A stretch of 63,371 nucleotides of DNA, counting the filler, from Rhabdomonas costata (Eukaryota): the NCBI GenBank assembly GCA_019059605.1. It is 41 parts of 41 records of this genome, joined end to end, with 100 filler letters (N's around TTAATTAATTAA, not from the genome) between each part and the next. Parts side by side here need not be neighbours in the genome. Positions count along the whole stretch, not along the records: positions 35,604 to 37,051 come from JAHMHO010015685.1; positions 37,152 to 38,599 come from JAHMHO010015686.1; positions 38,700 to 40,147 come from JAHMHO010015687.1; positions 40,248 to 41,695 come from JAHMHO010015688.1; positions 41,796 to 43,244 come from JAHMHO010015689.1; positions 43,345 to 44,792 come from JAHMHO010015690.1; positions 44,893 to 46,350 come from JAHMHO010015691.1; positions 46,451 to 47,893 come from JAHMHO010015692.1; 33 more parts are not named here. One strand, 5' to 3'. A model generated the notes under the pieces. It did no database searches, had not been told where the DNA came from, and was given only the letters and a program-made list of their open reading frames with translations. The position numbers and the translations under genes were made by a program. Shown here piece by piece: positions 35,701 to 47,993 of the stretch (the stretch's first letter is position 1; every line of letters starts with the position of its first letter).

Positions 35701-36988
35701 GTCCAGGCCCTCTACAAGCGGGTCGCTGAGGTGGTGAGGGCGACGGAGGAGGCGACGTTGGTGAGGATGCAGGAGGCCGCCCGGGCAGCGGAGCTGCAGC
35801 GCGCCGGGGAGGAGGCGCAGAGCCTGATGCGCGCCAAGGACGCTTTCTTTGCGGTGATGTCGCACGAGATGCGTACCCCACTCTCGGCAGTTCTGGGTAC
35901 ATGTGGGCATGTGGGCATGTGGGCATGCGCGTGCTTGCGTGCATCTTGGGTGTGTTTATCAACCGATTTTAGTACCGAAGTCCATTTTGGCCTTAAAGGG
36001 GAAGTTGTCGCTACCGCTCGTCAAGTTTTTGGTACTGCAGTGGCATTGGTTTAGGTCTCGCCGTTTTTTCGCATATCTTGCTTACGACCATACTCGCCTG
36101 TTTCGCGGATATTTGCTCGGCTTGTATTTGTGACGTCTTAGTGTGGTTTCGATGGCGTGGAAGGCAGCCATGAAAAGGATAGATGTCAATGAGATATTGA
36201 TTCGGCCCAACAACACAAAGAGGAAGTTTCGCTTGCCTTGACTCTTGACTCTTCCGAGCGCTGATGTGTTCTGCCAGCGAGCAGGGCTGGCGGTGGTCCG
36301 GCTGTCTCTGCAGGGACGTCGCGTGAGCACTGGGTGTCGGGTGCAAGCCGTTTTTTCTGCTCCCGTCCTCTCAGCACCACCCAAACAAAGGAATGGCGGA
36401 GAACTTGCTGACCATGGATCTGGAGCCCAGGCAGGAGGAGTGCGTGGAGGCCGTTCTAACCCACGGGGGCTCGCTGCTCTCCTTGGTGAACGACATCCTA
36501 GGTAATTAATTAGCTCTCTCACCCTGCAAAAGCGTGCTTGCCCTGATCGTCTTGGCTTTGCCAGGCTTAGTTTTTCCGGAAAAGAAGGGAATGAAGGAAC
36601 GAATTTAGAAACTCGAGGATTCATCTCAGGTTACTTCCCAGTGGAAATATTTTTCAATGCATCCACCGCTCTCCAGCTCGTTGGGAAGGGAGAGATTGCT
36701 GCCATCCTATCATCGGTATGATTTTCTGATCCGTCCTTCATTCTTTTCCCTGCTCAGACTTCTCGAAGATGGAGGCAGACCGGTTCGAGCTCGACCCCGC
36801 GCCCTTCAGCCTGCGGGAGTGCATCGAGCAGGCCGCCAGCGCGGTGCAGGTCAAGGCCGAGGAGAAGGGCCTGGAGCTGGTGGTGCGGGTAGGGCGGGAG
36901 ATCCCCCGGCATTGCTTCGGGGACGCCCGGAGGCTGCACCGCGTGCTGCTCAACATGCTCTCCAACGCCATCAAGTTCACCTCCCAAG
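35701..36988 (+). CDS. Sensor histidine kinase (HisKA plus HATPase_c), partial (exons 35701-35896, 36391-36501, 36758-36988)
   Basis: H-box AKDAFFAVMSHEMRTPLSAVLG|MAENL, then LLSLVNDIL|DFSKMEA, and N-box GDARRLHRVLLNMLSNAIKFT. Two phase-1 GT-AG introns give a continuous frame. Confidence 0.95.
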
Positions 36989-38880
36989 GTCCTCTCTTCA
37001 AATTGACAGAGAGGCGAACTGTGTTTTTATTTGTTATGGCGACACAAACACNNNNNNNNNNNNNNNNNNNNNNNNNNNNNNNNNNNNNNNNNNNNTTAAT
37101 TAATTAANNNNNNNNNNNNNNNNNNNNNNNNNNNNNNNNNNNNNNNNNNNNGGTTTGTTGTTTTCTCTCCGGATAGTTATATCCTTTCAGGTCGGAAATT
37201 GAGCTTGAGCCCTCCCATTCACCTGGGCTACTTTTCGCCTTCGCTATCCTATATATTGCACGCCTTTCGCTTGGCTTCGGCGGGCAGTGGTTGTGCACCC
37301 AGCACTCTGGGCCATTGTTTGCCATACTGTGTATGAAAAAGGAAGGTCCGCCTTTGGGGATAGCACTTTCTCGGGGCTTAGGCGGCCCAATTGGAGTTGC
37401 GTATGTATGTGTGTGTATGTGTGGGGGTACCAGCGACTATTGGTAACATGTGCAGAGCACCCTCGAAAAAGCTTTAAACTTAAGAGGGTTGGGTCATCTG
37501 GGGCATTTCTTTGGTAGTTCCTCACTTTTGTTGGCAAATCAGATTGGGATGGGATGGGATGGATGGGTTTGTGCAGGCTGGCGATGGTCCCCAGCATGAG
37601 TCTGCCCCCACCTCTTATCCCCTTACGACTACGGGGTTGACCGGACAAGGGCAAGCGGCCCCGAAATCCCCCCAGGCGAATCCCTCCGCTGTGCTTAACC
37701 TGCTTCGGGTTGTCTTTTCTCCATTCCTATTTTTTTTTGCTGGGAGTGGTGGTGGCGGTGGTGACTTTTATCATTAAAGGATATCTCCTGCTGGGCAAGC
37801 GTTGACACGTGATGGTGCCCAGTGGGCGAATAACGCCACTGCAGAAAAAAGGAGCCAAATCAGGATGTGCGCGCGGAAGAGTAAGGCCCTGAAGTCCCAT
37901 GCTGACCTGAATGCTGGGCGGATGTGCGGTCACTGTGTGTGTGTACCTCTTCATTCCTCCATGTGCCTTTTCCTGTCTTTGGATGGGCTTTGTGGGTTGG
38001 TGTGGGATCCGTATGGTTGGTTGCGTTGTTTGCGGTGGCGGCTGTGGTTGTGCTCTCCCAAAACGGCTTTCCTGGATATGCTGTGTGGTGGGGCCCTTTT
38101 CAGGCCGTCGGGGCTCCTCCGCCGCAGCCTCAGGGGCAGGCCCGCTCCTCGGAGCCTCTGTCCGAGCCGTGCGTCGCACCCCCAGCCGAACCGCGGCCCT
38201 CGCGCACCCAGGGAAAGCTTCTGAAGTTGTGGAACAGTTGGGATGGCCCTCATGAGGTGTGGCCGAAAAAGGAAAGGGGTGGGGCGTCCAGTTTTCTGCT
38301 GTAATTTTGTTCCAGCTGGTGACTGGACTAACTACCTCTTCTTTTTTCCTGTTATTTCTCTTCCCTGACGGGACGATTCCGCTGCGTATCTGCTGTGTGT
38401 CAATTTTCTGTGGAGAGCGTCACTTTCATACATTTCCGGTCTTTTTCATGGGCTAAGTGGTCAAAGCATTGAACTGAGCTCGGACCATGCGCCGCCGGGT
38501 TCCAGCTCGGCCTAAGGCAGCCGAGGTTGGCTGTGTCCGTTGGGCTTCCAGGAATCTGGAACGGCAGACAATGACAACAAATGTTAGACACACAAACACN
38601 NNNNNNNNNNNNNNNNNNNNNNNNNNNNNNNNNNNNNNNNNNNTTAATTAATTAANNNNNNNNNNNNNNNNNNNNNNNNNNNNNNNNNNNNNNNNNNNNT
38701 TTTTGGTGTTGTACCAGCTGCATCGCAGGATATGGTACCCCACTGCGTACCCCCTCCCTCCCCGTCGCCCCAAACTCATTCTTCGCTTCTCTTCATTTCT
38801 TGCCACGAAGAATTTTGGTGATCTTAGCAGCATGGTGATTGCTTGCCAAGCTGTTTTTTCTTTTTTGATCGACCCGAAAG

Positions 38881-39651
38881 TGTGGCTGCATCCGTGCTCG
38901 AGGCTTACGGCTTTTATGACCTTTCGACTCTGGTTGGGGAGGGAGATAGAGTTCCTTCGACAGCGTTGTTGTATGAGTACATGCTCTTGCAGATCCCCAA
39001 AACTAACCTCGGCACGACAGACAGCCTGCCAGATCCCTGCAGACACCAGTATTTCACTCTTAGTGCGTTTTCGCTAAGTGCTTTTTCAATGTTAGGCGGG
39101 ATTTTTGTTGGTGTCCCAGTGCTGACAGCGAAACCAAATTGCATTGCTGGATGTGAGATGCAGTACTTCAAATGGGTTTTCTTCTTGAGCTACCTACTTT
39201 GTAAAACTGGGGTCTTTAGACTTGGCGCGTCATGTACTTGTGGACCGCTTCATGAGTCTGGTATAATGCAGGAGGGTGGCCGTTTGCTTCACCTCCATCG
39301 ATTGGGATCATGTTCCAGTCTTCAGCGTTGACTGCAAGGATGGGGCTCAGGCTTGTCCCAAAAAAAATTATGTCAAATGTTTGGGTTTGCTTAAGTACGC
39401 TTGTCTTTAAGAGGCCCCCGCGTTTGCACAGTTCCTTGTTTGTTTTCTTGTCCGATCGGTGTTCCTGAGCCTGAGCCCTCCGTCGCCCACCGGAGCCAGT
39501 GTACCCTCTCTTCATCAAAATGGGCGTATGTCTCGTTCACCCGTTTTAAACCGCTGCTCCTGTTTTCACTCCCATTGGTTGGATGGTTCCTTTGCCTCAA
39601 TTTGTAGCCCAGTGAATATCCGACTGCAGTTTGACAGAGAAGAGCTTCTGG
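38881..39651 (+). CDS. Hypothetical gene made of many short exons
   Basis: Frame-compatible exons of about 40-70 nt with AG/GT ends: VAASVLEAYGFYDLSTL | IPKTNLGTTDSLPDPCRHQYFTL | GIFVGVPVLTAKPNCIAG | LARHVLVDRFMSL, and probably PVNIRLQFDREELL. Confidence 0.45.
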
Positions 39652-40269
39652 GTGACTTTTCGCTGATCTAAACTAATTGCCAATTGTGAATCTTTTTGTT
39701 TTTTTTATCAGCTGGCTTTCGGACTACCCAAAGAAAAGCAGAACAACAGCAAAGCCAAATAGCAACCGTACACAAAGTGAAAGCGCATTGAAAGAAAGGT
39801 GGCTCGGTTTTCTGCTTTTCTCACCGTCCTCTTAATTTCCAGCCCCCATGCTTCAAGCACCCCAGCATAGCAGCCAACACCGTCACAACCCGTGAACGGG
39901 GGTGACGAGGCGGGATAACGAGTGAGTCAGTGAAGGGAATGCAGTTGCACAGTTGTGCTTTCCCTGCTGACGGACGTTCGTTTGCTTTGCACAAAGCTGC
40001 AAAAATGTGGTTACGTTGCCTTGCCTATGTAACATACAGCTTGCGCGCACCAGGACCCACACACACACACACGCACAGAACACCGTAATCCCCGTCAGTC
40101 CAGCGCGCTATGCGCCCATCACGCACAGAACGGTCCACCCCCACCCCNNNNNNNNNNNNNNNNNNNNNNNNNNNNNNNNNNNNNNNNNNNNTTAATTAAT
40201 TAANNNNNNNNNNNNNNNNNNNNNNNNNNNNNNNNNNNNNNNNNNNNTTGTTTTTTGAGAGACCCGGAG

Positions 40270-40480
40270 GACTTGACAGCTTGCATTTTGCAAGGTTCAC
40301 CTTCATGCCGAGCTCCTGGAAACTCCGGAAAATGTCGAGAGCCAAACAGGGCCTCGGGCTCGCCAAGTACGCTGTCATCCAAGAACCAGACCGCCAGTCG
40401 ACGTCCAGAAGGTCTTGCAGGGGTCTGATGGCGCGCTGCACCGCGAGCGCGGAAAAAACAGGGCCAGGATAGATCTCAAG
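40270..40480 (-). mobile_element. Reverse transcriptase relic of a non-LTR retrotransposon (CRE-like W/YLDD type)
   Basis: PGPVFSALAV (cf. QGDPLGPxLFxLA), VWFLDDSVLG at 40388-40374 (YxDD catalytic motif) and ELGMKVNLAKCKL (cf. GLxxNxxKC). Frameshifts lie between the motifs. Confidence 0.65.
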
Positions 40481-40549
40481 GGGGCTCCCTCAGGGCCAAG
40501 ACATTAAGACGTCCTTCATATTTCCAACTTGAGAAAAAGTGGATCTTCA

Positions 40550-41357
40550 ATGGTCGCAAAATACATTGGTTTATGATAGTGATGCACCAGTTTCAAGAAT
40601 CTGGGTTCGTTTTTTGTTTCTGTTCCTTTTGCTTCAGGAAAAAAGACCCACACAAAGAAGAAGAAGGGTTTCGCCAAGCGCGGTGGCCGTGAGAAACACT
40701 TAACCCCAAAGGAACGTTTGGCCAAGGAGAACGAGCTGATTGACAAAATCGCGGAAAAGAATGCCGCGCGGCAGCAAAAGCTCTACAGGCGTCAACTGGA
40801 AGCTTATACAGCAACCATGGAACGACCCACTGAGCCTCGTGAAGTATGCGAGTGGTGCCCTTGTCCTTCGACACAGTTGTTTTTCTAAATCGTTTTCTTC
40901 GCATTCTGCTCTTTTCTCTTTCAGGACAAAAGTTCATACGATCAGTTGTGCTCATTTCTGGAGAGCAGCAATCCTGAAGTGACTGATGTGGAGGATGTTT
41001 CCACTGACGAAGAAGTTGAGGAAAGGAACTCTGAAGGTCCCAAGGAAGCCGCGAAAGATCGTGCTCCAGAGCAGAGCGAAGAAAATGTTGACGAGGACGA
41101 GGAGGAAGAGGAGGATGGAAAAGACGACGAATCTGACGGTTGCGAGAATGGCGACATTGTCCTCAGCGAGGAAGAGGCCGCTGACGAGTTGGACACGAAG
41201 GCGGAACACCAGGAAGCAGCGGAGGAAGAAGGGAATGACAGCTACAACATTGACGAGGAAGGCGATGAGGACGACAATGAAGCCGAAAGTAAGCCAAAGA
41301 AAGCAGAAGGCGAAGCCGAACAGGCCCCACAAATATACGACGATTTCATCCAGTTGA
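40550..41357 (+). CDS. N-terminus of a basic-then-acidic nucleolar-type protein, possibly UTP25/DIEXF (exons 40550-40568, 40638-40843, 40925-~41357)
   Basis: MVAKYIG|KKTHTKKKKGFAKRGGREKHLTPKERL...|DKSSYDQLCSFL followed by a long D/E tract and YDDF. Splice sites are frame-consistent. The layout resembles the UTP25 N-terminus, but identity is unproven. Confidence 0.6.
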
Positions 41358-42392
41358 GTGGTGTGTCTTGCTCACTTGCTTGAACATGCTTGTATTCAAA
41401 GAAACAGTTATTTCCCAGCTTTTGCCCTATCCCTGGCTGGGTCAATGTTAGTCTTTATGCTTGGCTATGATCGACCTCTCATTAAGGTTTAGGGGACCTT
41501 GTACTTTTTGATCAGCAACACTTAAAATTAAAATAGACAATCACAATAAACCCTTAATGAGAAGCACACGTGAGGTCTCATGTGTCAACGCTGCGAAGCC
41601 GGTCCTTGGGATTTCCTGACCTTTCACCTCAGCGGCTTGTGGTGTCCCGTGGGAGCACTAGCATCCATTTTGTGCCGTTGGTTGCCCCACACACANNNNN
41701 NNNNNNNNNNNNNNNNNNNNNNNNNNNNNNNNNNNNNNNTTAATTAATTAANNNNNNNNNNNNNNNNNNNNNNNNNNNNNNNNNNNNNNNNNNNNGGTGT
41801 TTGTCCTGCCCATCGCCACTTTCGATGCCTGTGCCCGCAGTCAAAGTGTTATTTGATATTCCTGAGCCCCGGCAGTGAAGACGGAAGTGAAGACGAGAGG
41901 TTTCCTCTGCCAGTGCGTGTGCTTGTGTTTGTTTGGTGGAAACTTTGCGGCGCCAGGGCCAGCACGACTTTGTGTTTGAGTGAAATTCTTTGTCAGGATT
42001 TATAGTCGATAGCTGCTGACTCGGATGGTCCGTGGTTTTGGTTGGTGTGGGATGGGCTTACCATGTGGTGCTTTGCCGTTCGTTCAGGTGACTGCGTATT
42101 GTATTTATTGTATGTATCAACTGTTTCTTTGGGTTTTGCTTATGATTGGTACAGATTTAATTTGTGGAGGGAATTACGCCCCCCCCCCCGGTCATTTAAG
42201 CACGCTTGCTTCATGCTTTGTCTCTTGTTCTCCCTTTCATACATCCCCTTCTCTTCCTCCATCCCCCCCAAGCCTTTTTTTATGGGTATGCTCTCTTACC
42301 ATCCGTGCGGTTCCCATGCACACGCAAAGGGCACAAAAAGCCACGAGGTCTGTAGACTGCCTTCCTGAGGTAGGGCTTGTTTTTTCCCTCAG

Positions 42393-42957
42393 GGCACTGC
42401 AGGGCCCTGACCTCGCTGCGGCTCAGTCACAACGCCCTGGGCACGGGGTTCATGCCCGCGCTGTGCGCCTCGTGGGGCCCATCCGCTACTTGTGATGGGG
42501 TGGCCCCCAAGGATCCTCCTGCGCTGCGCACTCTTGGTGTGGTAGGCTGCGGGCTGCGCGGGGCTCAGGTGGCCCAGCTATGCTGCATGGTCAGTGTGGC
42601 TCTACTCCCCCGTTGCCCCTCCTTCAATGCCATCTGTGAAGAAGGACCCGCAGGTAATACTCAGCAGAAAGACCAGTCGTCAGCAGATGTGGGAAGGGAA
42701 CTCCACTTTTTTCCGTGCAGTCGGGGGGGGGGGGCAAGAGGTATAAGAGCACTCATTTGGGCCAATCTTCGTATGGTGAATTCATTGGGACTCGACGGAC
42801 GGTGTAAGATTCGTTGCATGACAGACAACAGTTGTTCTTGGCGCAGGTCACCTCCAGACAGCTTCCCCACTTGACAGACCTGAACCTCTCTCACAACGCG
42901 GTGGACTCCGAGGGAATCTCTGCTATTTGTGAAATGCTCCGCAACGGGCTGCTCCAG
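42393..42957 (+). CDS. RNI-like LRR protein, partial (exons 42393-42589 and 42847-42957)
   Basis: LTSLRLSHNALG, LRTLGVVGCGL and LPHLTDLNLSHNAVDSEGISAICEML are LxxLxLxxNxL repeats. Intron is GT-AG, phase 0. Confidence 0.8.
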
Positions 42958-44152
42958 GTTCACCCCTCCACGGCTTTTTATGTTATGACCTCAAAGAAGA
43001 CAGGAGAAGCGGCGTCTTCGGAGGCGCAGCCTGCAGTGGCTCCATTTATACAAAGCTCTGTGTGTTTGGGACGTGTTGTTCGAGCTCGTGTCCATGGTCG
43101 TGTGACACTATATGTGCCACTGCATATGCGGTACGAATTCGCTGGATTGGTGATTGCGCCTGGAGTGAGTATGTTTATGTCCCTCATGATGTGCATTGCG
43201 GTCTGTTTTTGTCTGTGTGTGGATTCCTTCGCCCCCCACCCCCCNNNNNNNNNNNNNNNNNNNNNNNNNNNNNNNNNNNNNNNNNNNNTTAATTAATTAA
43301 NNNNNNNNNNNNNNNNNNNNNNNNNNNNNNNNNNNNNNNNNNNNGTGGGTGTTTTGATGATTTTTGTTTGGCGGAGTGGACACGGGACGCTCTTCTCCCG
43401 ATCAACGAATTCAGATCTTGGGAATGTGGTGGTGAACCGAAGTTTTTCTGCGAGGAAGATTTCGTTGTACTTCCGGTTGGATGCAGCAGAAAAAACATTC
43501 CCTTCTGTTTACCTTTTCTGGAATTAATCGTACTTACAATATGTGAGACAACATGAAAGAACTATGTTGACCAATTGTGCCCATGTCCTGTCGTGCAGCG
43601 CTCATAAGTCATAAGATTTTTCGGACCGCAGGACGCTCTAAATGGAAAGAATGGGTGTATAAAAATGGAAGACATTTTGCTGCAGTAGGGCGTAGTGCGT
43701 TTTCTTTCTAGTTGTCCCTTTTCGCTACGCGTGTTTATCTTTTCACGCCAATTTCTCATAGCACAATAAAACAATAAAACAAATCAAATCCTTGTGCACA
43801 GTTACCACGGTTATCTTAACCTCTTTTGCCGCTGCGTTGGGAAAGAATCCAAAAGCATATTCCAGTTTGCCCTTGCCGCAGCATCTATAAGTGCGAAAAA
43901 GCGGCAATCCCGCAAATTCACCAACTGCGTCCTCTCCTTCACCCCAGCCATTGGCTTGGGTGGGGGCTGCTTCGAGAAGCGTTGAGTCCGTGATGCGGTT
44001 TCCTTTCTGTGGAGTGTATACTATCGTGTTTTGAAAGAAGAGAGTGAACGCTATAAATGGGAGTAACCCCAAACAATGGGAGAAACCCCAAACAACACTT
44101 TGTCAGGTTCATGATACTCTCTTTCCCTCCTTTTTCTTGTGCGTTCGTTCCG

Positions 44153-44414
44153 ATGCGCTGCGTGTTCCTTACTTTCCTGATGGTTTTCGCGTGCGGTGTG
44201 GTGCCGGGGGCTGGGCTTCCTGGCGGGGGCACTAGCCTGCACATCTACTCTGACGCCCCGGTGGCCATTCTGAAGGAGTTCACCGCGCTGGCGAACTCCA
44301 CGTCATTCACGATGGAGGTGTGGTACAACTTCTTCCTGAACGGAATTATGGGCTCGATCACGTCGCTGGTGACGGAGGAGAACAACCAGTTCTTCCACAT
44401 CGTGGCGCAAGAGG
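44153..44414 (+). CDS. First exon of a secreted or surface protein with a probable LamG/ConA-like domain
   Basis: Signal peptide MRCVFLTFLMVFACGVVPG, then NSTSFTMEVWYN (cf. LamG SFTxExW). Strong donor g|gtgagt. Confidence 0.55.
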
Positions 44415-45253
44415 GTGAGTGAGCTGCTTCTTTATTATTATTCTTTTTGTGGTGGGGATGGGGGTGGATTGACGATCTTTTTTTTGTTTTCTTGTGATAT
44501 TCCCCAACTCTTGTGATATTTGGATACCCAGGAGTTTAGAGCGGTGACGAATTCCGAAACTGCCCCCCATCACCACCACCCGCAGGCGTTAGAAAACAGG
44601 GTTATGTGTCCCAACGAAAAACAGGACCCTACCATAACGTTTTGGCGAAGTTTAGATCGTTTCGTTTCGTTTCGGACCCTTTAGCGCCTGCGCGCAGCGC
44701 TCTCATTGGGCTTGCGTCTTTTAGTTTTCGTTTTCTTTGTCTCACACGTGACCCAAGGAATCTCATAATTTAGGGAGGCTCGCAAACCACAANNNNNNNN
44801 NNNNNNNNNNNNNNNNNNNNNNNNNNNNNNNNNNNNTTAATTAATTAANNNNNNNNNNNNNNNNNNNNNNNNNNNNNNNNNNNNNNNNNNNNTGTTTTTG
44901 TGCTTCGTTCGTTTGAGTTAGATTTCAGAAGCGTTTTTTCTGGTGGTGGTAGCGGAAGCACCGTTGCCAAATAGTTAAACGGAATTGTCTTGCTTACAAA
45001 GTTTCCCGTTGCAGAAAAGTTCAAAAAAAAACTAAAAAAAATATTGTCTGTCCTTGCCGTTTTTTTCTTCTAAATTTTTAAATTTTGCTTCTTGTTCCGT
45101 CTTATTTCTCCTATGTCTTAAGCAAGAGTTCGTCCGATTCTTCCTCCTCTCTGCCTCCTGACTGTTCGGAGGCGGACCAGCGACCCCACTATGACTGAAA
45201 AATGCGCAATACCAAGTTGATTTGAAGGTCAGCCTACCTTTTCAGGAAAGCGC

Positions 45254-45256
<3 letters not shown>

Positions 45257-45288
<32 letters not shown>
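45257..45288. repeat. (GT)n microsatellite
   Basis: Directly visible. Confidence 0.95.
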
Positions 45289-45290
<2 letters not shown>

Positions 45291-45550
45291 AGGCTAAGCT
45301 CCGCACTTCATTGCGCTAGTGCCGTAAGTGCCGTAATGTCTGTTCTCAAGTACGACAACAACGCAGCAAGTCTGCTGACGAGAATTCATGGAGGGCGCGA
45401 AGATTCAAGAGGCACAGAAACGCGCTTTCGAAAGGGGACTAAAAATCTACACAAAGAGTTGAGGCCTGGGTGCATTTTTGGTCCTCCTTCCGAAGAACAG
45501 TTCGCGAAACTCGGTCTTTGGGTTGCGCCTTGGTTTTCCGTCCCACACAG

Positions 45551-46142
45551 CTTGTCCAGGCGCTGCAGTCTTCGGAGCAGCCGGGGGCCGGCAGCGCCGC
45601 AGAGTTCAGCATCGCCGCTCAGCTCGGGGCCAAGGCCAACCTGGGCGGCGCTATGAATTCCAAGGCAAGACAGGGCAAAGGGGTGGGTGGTCTGGCTTTC
45701 TTATTTCGACACAATCACGTTTTCCCCAGTGGTTCAGTACCGAGCAGCACATCGGAAACATTTGCGGCCTCACGACCTCGTGGCCCATGCTGGATGTGCA
45801 GTTACTCGGCACACCCTTTTTTCTTTTCGTTTATTTATTTATTTTTTGATATTTTTGTATTTTGCAGTGCACCTTTCACCCCCAGCCCACTTGCAGAAGT
45901 TTCTTATGCCGTGAATGCGGAAAAGCACACGTCTGGCACGGGGGCTGCGGGGCATTTTGGTGCTCCTGCGCACTGCTGAATATTTGCCTGGTTGTACTGG
46001 TTACGCTCAGATTCTCGCGGCCCTGGAGGGTATTCGGGTGGACCGGGGGCTGCGGCGGCTGGACTTTTCCGACTACGGAATCACCAACGACCTGGCCGCG
46101 GCGCTGGTGAAGTGCGTCGCGGAGAATCCCTCAATCGTTGCG
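45551..46142 (+). CDS. RNI-like LRR protein, partial (exons 45551-~45664 and 46011-~46142)
   Basis: ILAALEGIRVDRGLRRLDFSDYGITNDLAAALVKCVAENPSI resembles an RNI/tropomodulin-type LRR. Both exons have cag acceptors. Confidence 0.6.
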
Positions 46143-46903
46143 GTCCTCTTCCCACCTACCAACGCGGATGCGTGCCCTTCCACATCCATTTTGCCCACAT
46201 CCGCGCGGGCGGGGGGGGAGTGGGTGCCCTCTTTCCTGGACTGACTTTGATTCCTTAGAACGTGGACGGAACCAACAACAATCGCAATTGGAGTCTGAGA
46301 GGTCGATCTCTCTCTTCTATATGCGTGGGCACCCTAGATCAACCCCAACCNNNNNNNNNNNNNNNNNNNNNNNNNNNNNNNNNNNNNNNNNNNNTTAATT
46401 AATTAANNNNNNNNNNNNNNNNNNNNNNNNNNNNNNNNNNNNNNNNNNNNGGTGTGTGGGGGTCGAGTTTATAGTGAAAAGAAAGACGGCGCTATTGGTG
46501 GTTGTTTGTACGTGAGCAGTGGTAAGACTGATTACAAGTGGCAATCAGGGACAAGACAGGACATCTCTCTATACGCGATACGCGGGATTTCTGCACGCTG
46601 GTCCGCTGAACGGGCACAGAGTCTGGCCTTGTGGGTGCTTGCAGGTGCCTTTGGAAGCGATGGATTTCCTAATCTGTAGCATTGTGCGCTTAAAATTAAG
46701 CACAGCAAATTACGGTGAAAACCATGGTATGTAGAGGAAGCCATTATTTTGGACTGGATTTTTTGGTTTCTTATTTCGTTGGGAAAAAAGAAGAGCTGAT
46801 GACAACAGCCAATACACCCAGGACGAATCCGTTTGCAGGCCCTGCTGCAATGAAAGGTCCCTCTCAGGAAGGCAAAGCCCGAATAGTGTCAGCAGCACAT
46901 ACA

Positions 46904-47116
46904 CCTGGCACTCTTCAGCGTTCTCGTCGTCGAAAGTCTCGAACTTGCTGGGATCGATCGCACTGGCATTGTGAGAGCTGGAGTGCCCCGAGGAGGAGGG
47001 CTGAGCGCCCTCCTCGCCAGCACAGTGGGGCACAAGGATGGACTCTGAAGCTGAAATCCGGATCAGGTCTACCTCATTTCGGTGCGTCCTCAACCACTCC
47101 CGCAGGGCGAGGAGGT
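46904..47116 (-). CDS. Hypothetical protein exon(s)
   Basis: cag|NLLALREWLRTHRNE...AIDPSKFETFDDENAEECQ|gtgtat, a GC-rich open frame. Confidence 0.4.
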
Positions 47117-47993
47117 TCTGACCAAGCCACAGCCGCAAGAAAGGAACAGGAAAGTTCCACTGCGCGGGGGGTGGAGGGTCGGGAAAGCTCACCTCTTAAA
47201 ACCCATCATAAGGTCAAATTCACGGTGACACGGTGCCTGTATTCCAACAGACGCCCCACTCCGTTAATTACTTTGCATTGCCACTCGCTTTTTGCGAAAC
47301 AAGAGCTACTCACGTTTCGGTAAACTTTTGTATTGGGTTAGAGGGTGATACATGCCCCGCGGGACTCCATTATAGATTTGGCGGGGGTTGGGGGGCAACG
47401 TGCATGTGCTTGCTCATGATCGGGCAGAGGAGCAATTGCACTCCGTGTTTGCGTAGCATCAGTCTGAAGAACTGGTTCCCATTGGCAATCCAGCTGACGG
47501 GAGAGGCAGACGGGAGGGCTCTTAACACATCCACAAAAACAAATGCATGCGACCCTACCTTTTGACAATCACACCATTTCCAACGTTCACAGTGGGCCCC
47601 CATAACACCGCCCACAAAGGCCAGAGCTTCTCCAGAACGCCCACATGCCATCATCTCATCGTGGAGACACAGGCGGTAAGCTCGGCGCAGCAAACAACGC
47701 GATTGCAAGCAAAACCTGCATTTGCTCATCGCTGACTGCGGGCTGTTCTGGCTGTGCTTCGCGGGGCTTTTCTTGTGCGGCCTATGAGAAGGTTGCAGAA
47801 GTCAAGAAGCTGGGTCAGCACCAGGATACCCCTCCTCCGTCCCACGCTGTATGCCAACGTACCAGCCAGCACATTTATTCACACCCCACCACANNNNNNN
47901 NNNNNNNNNNNNNNNNNNNNNNNNNNNNNNNNNNNNNTTAATTAATTAANNNNNNNNNNNNNNNNNNNNNNNNNNNNNNNNNNNNNNNNNNNN

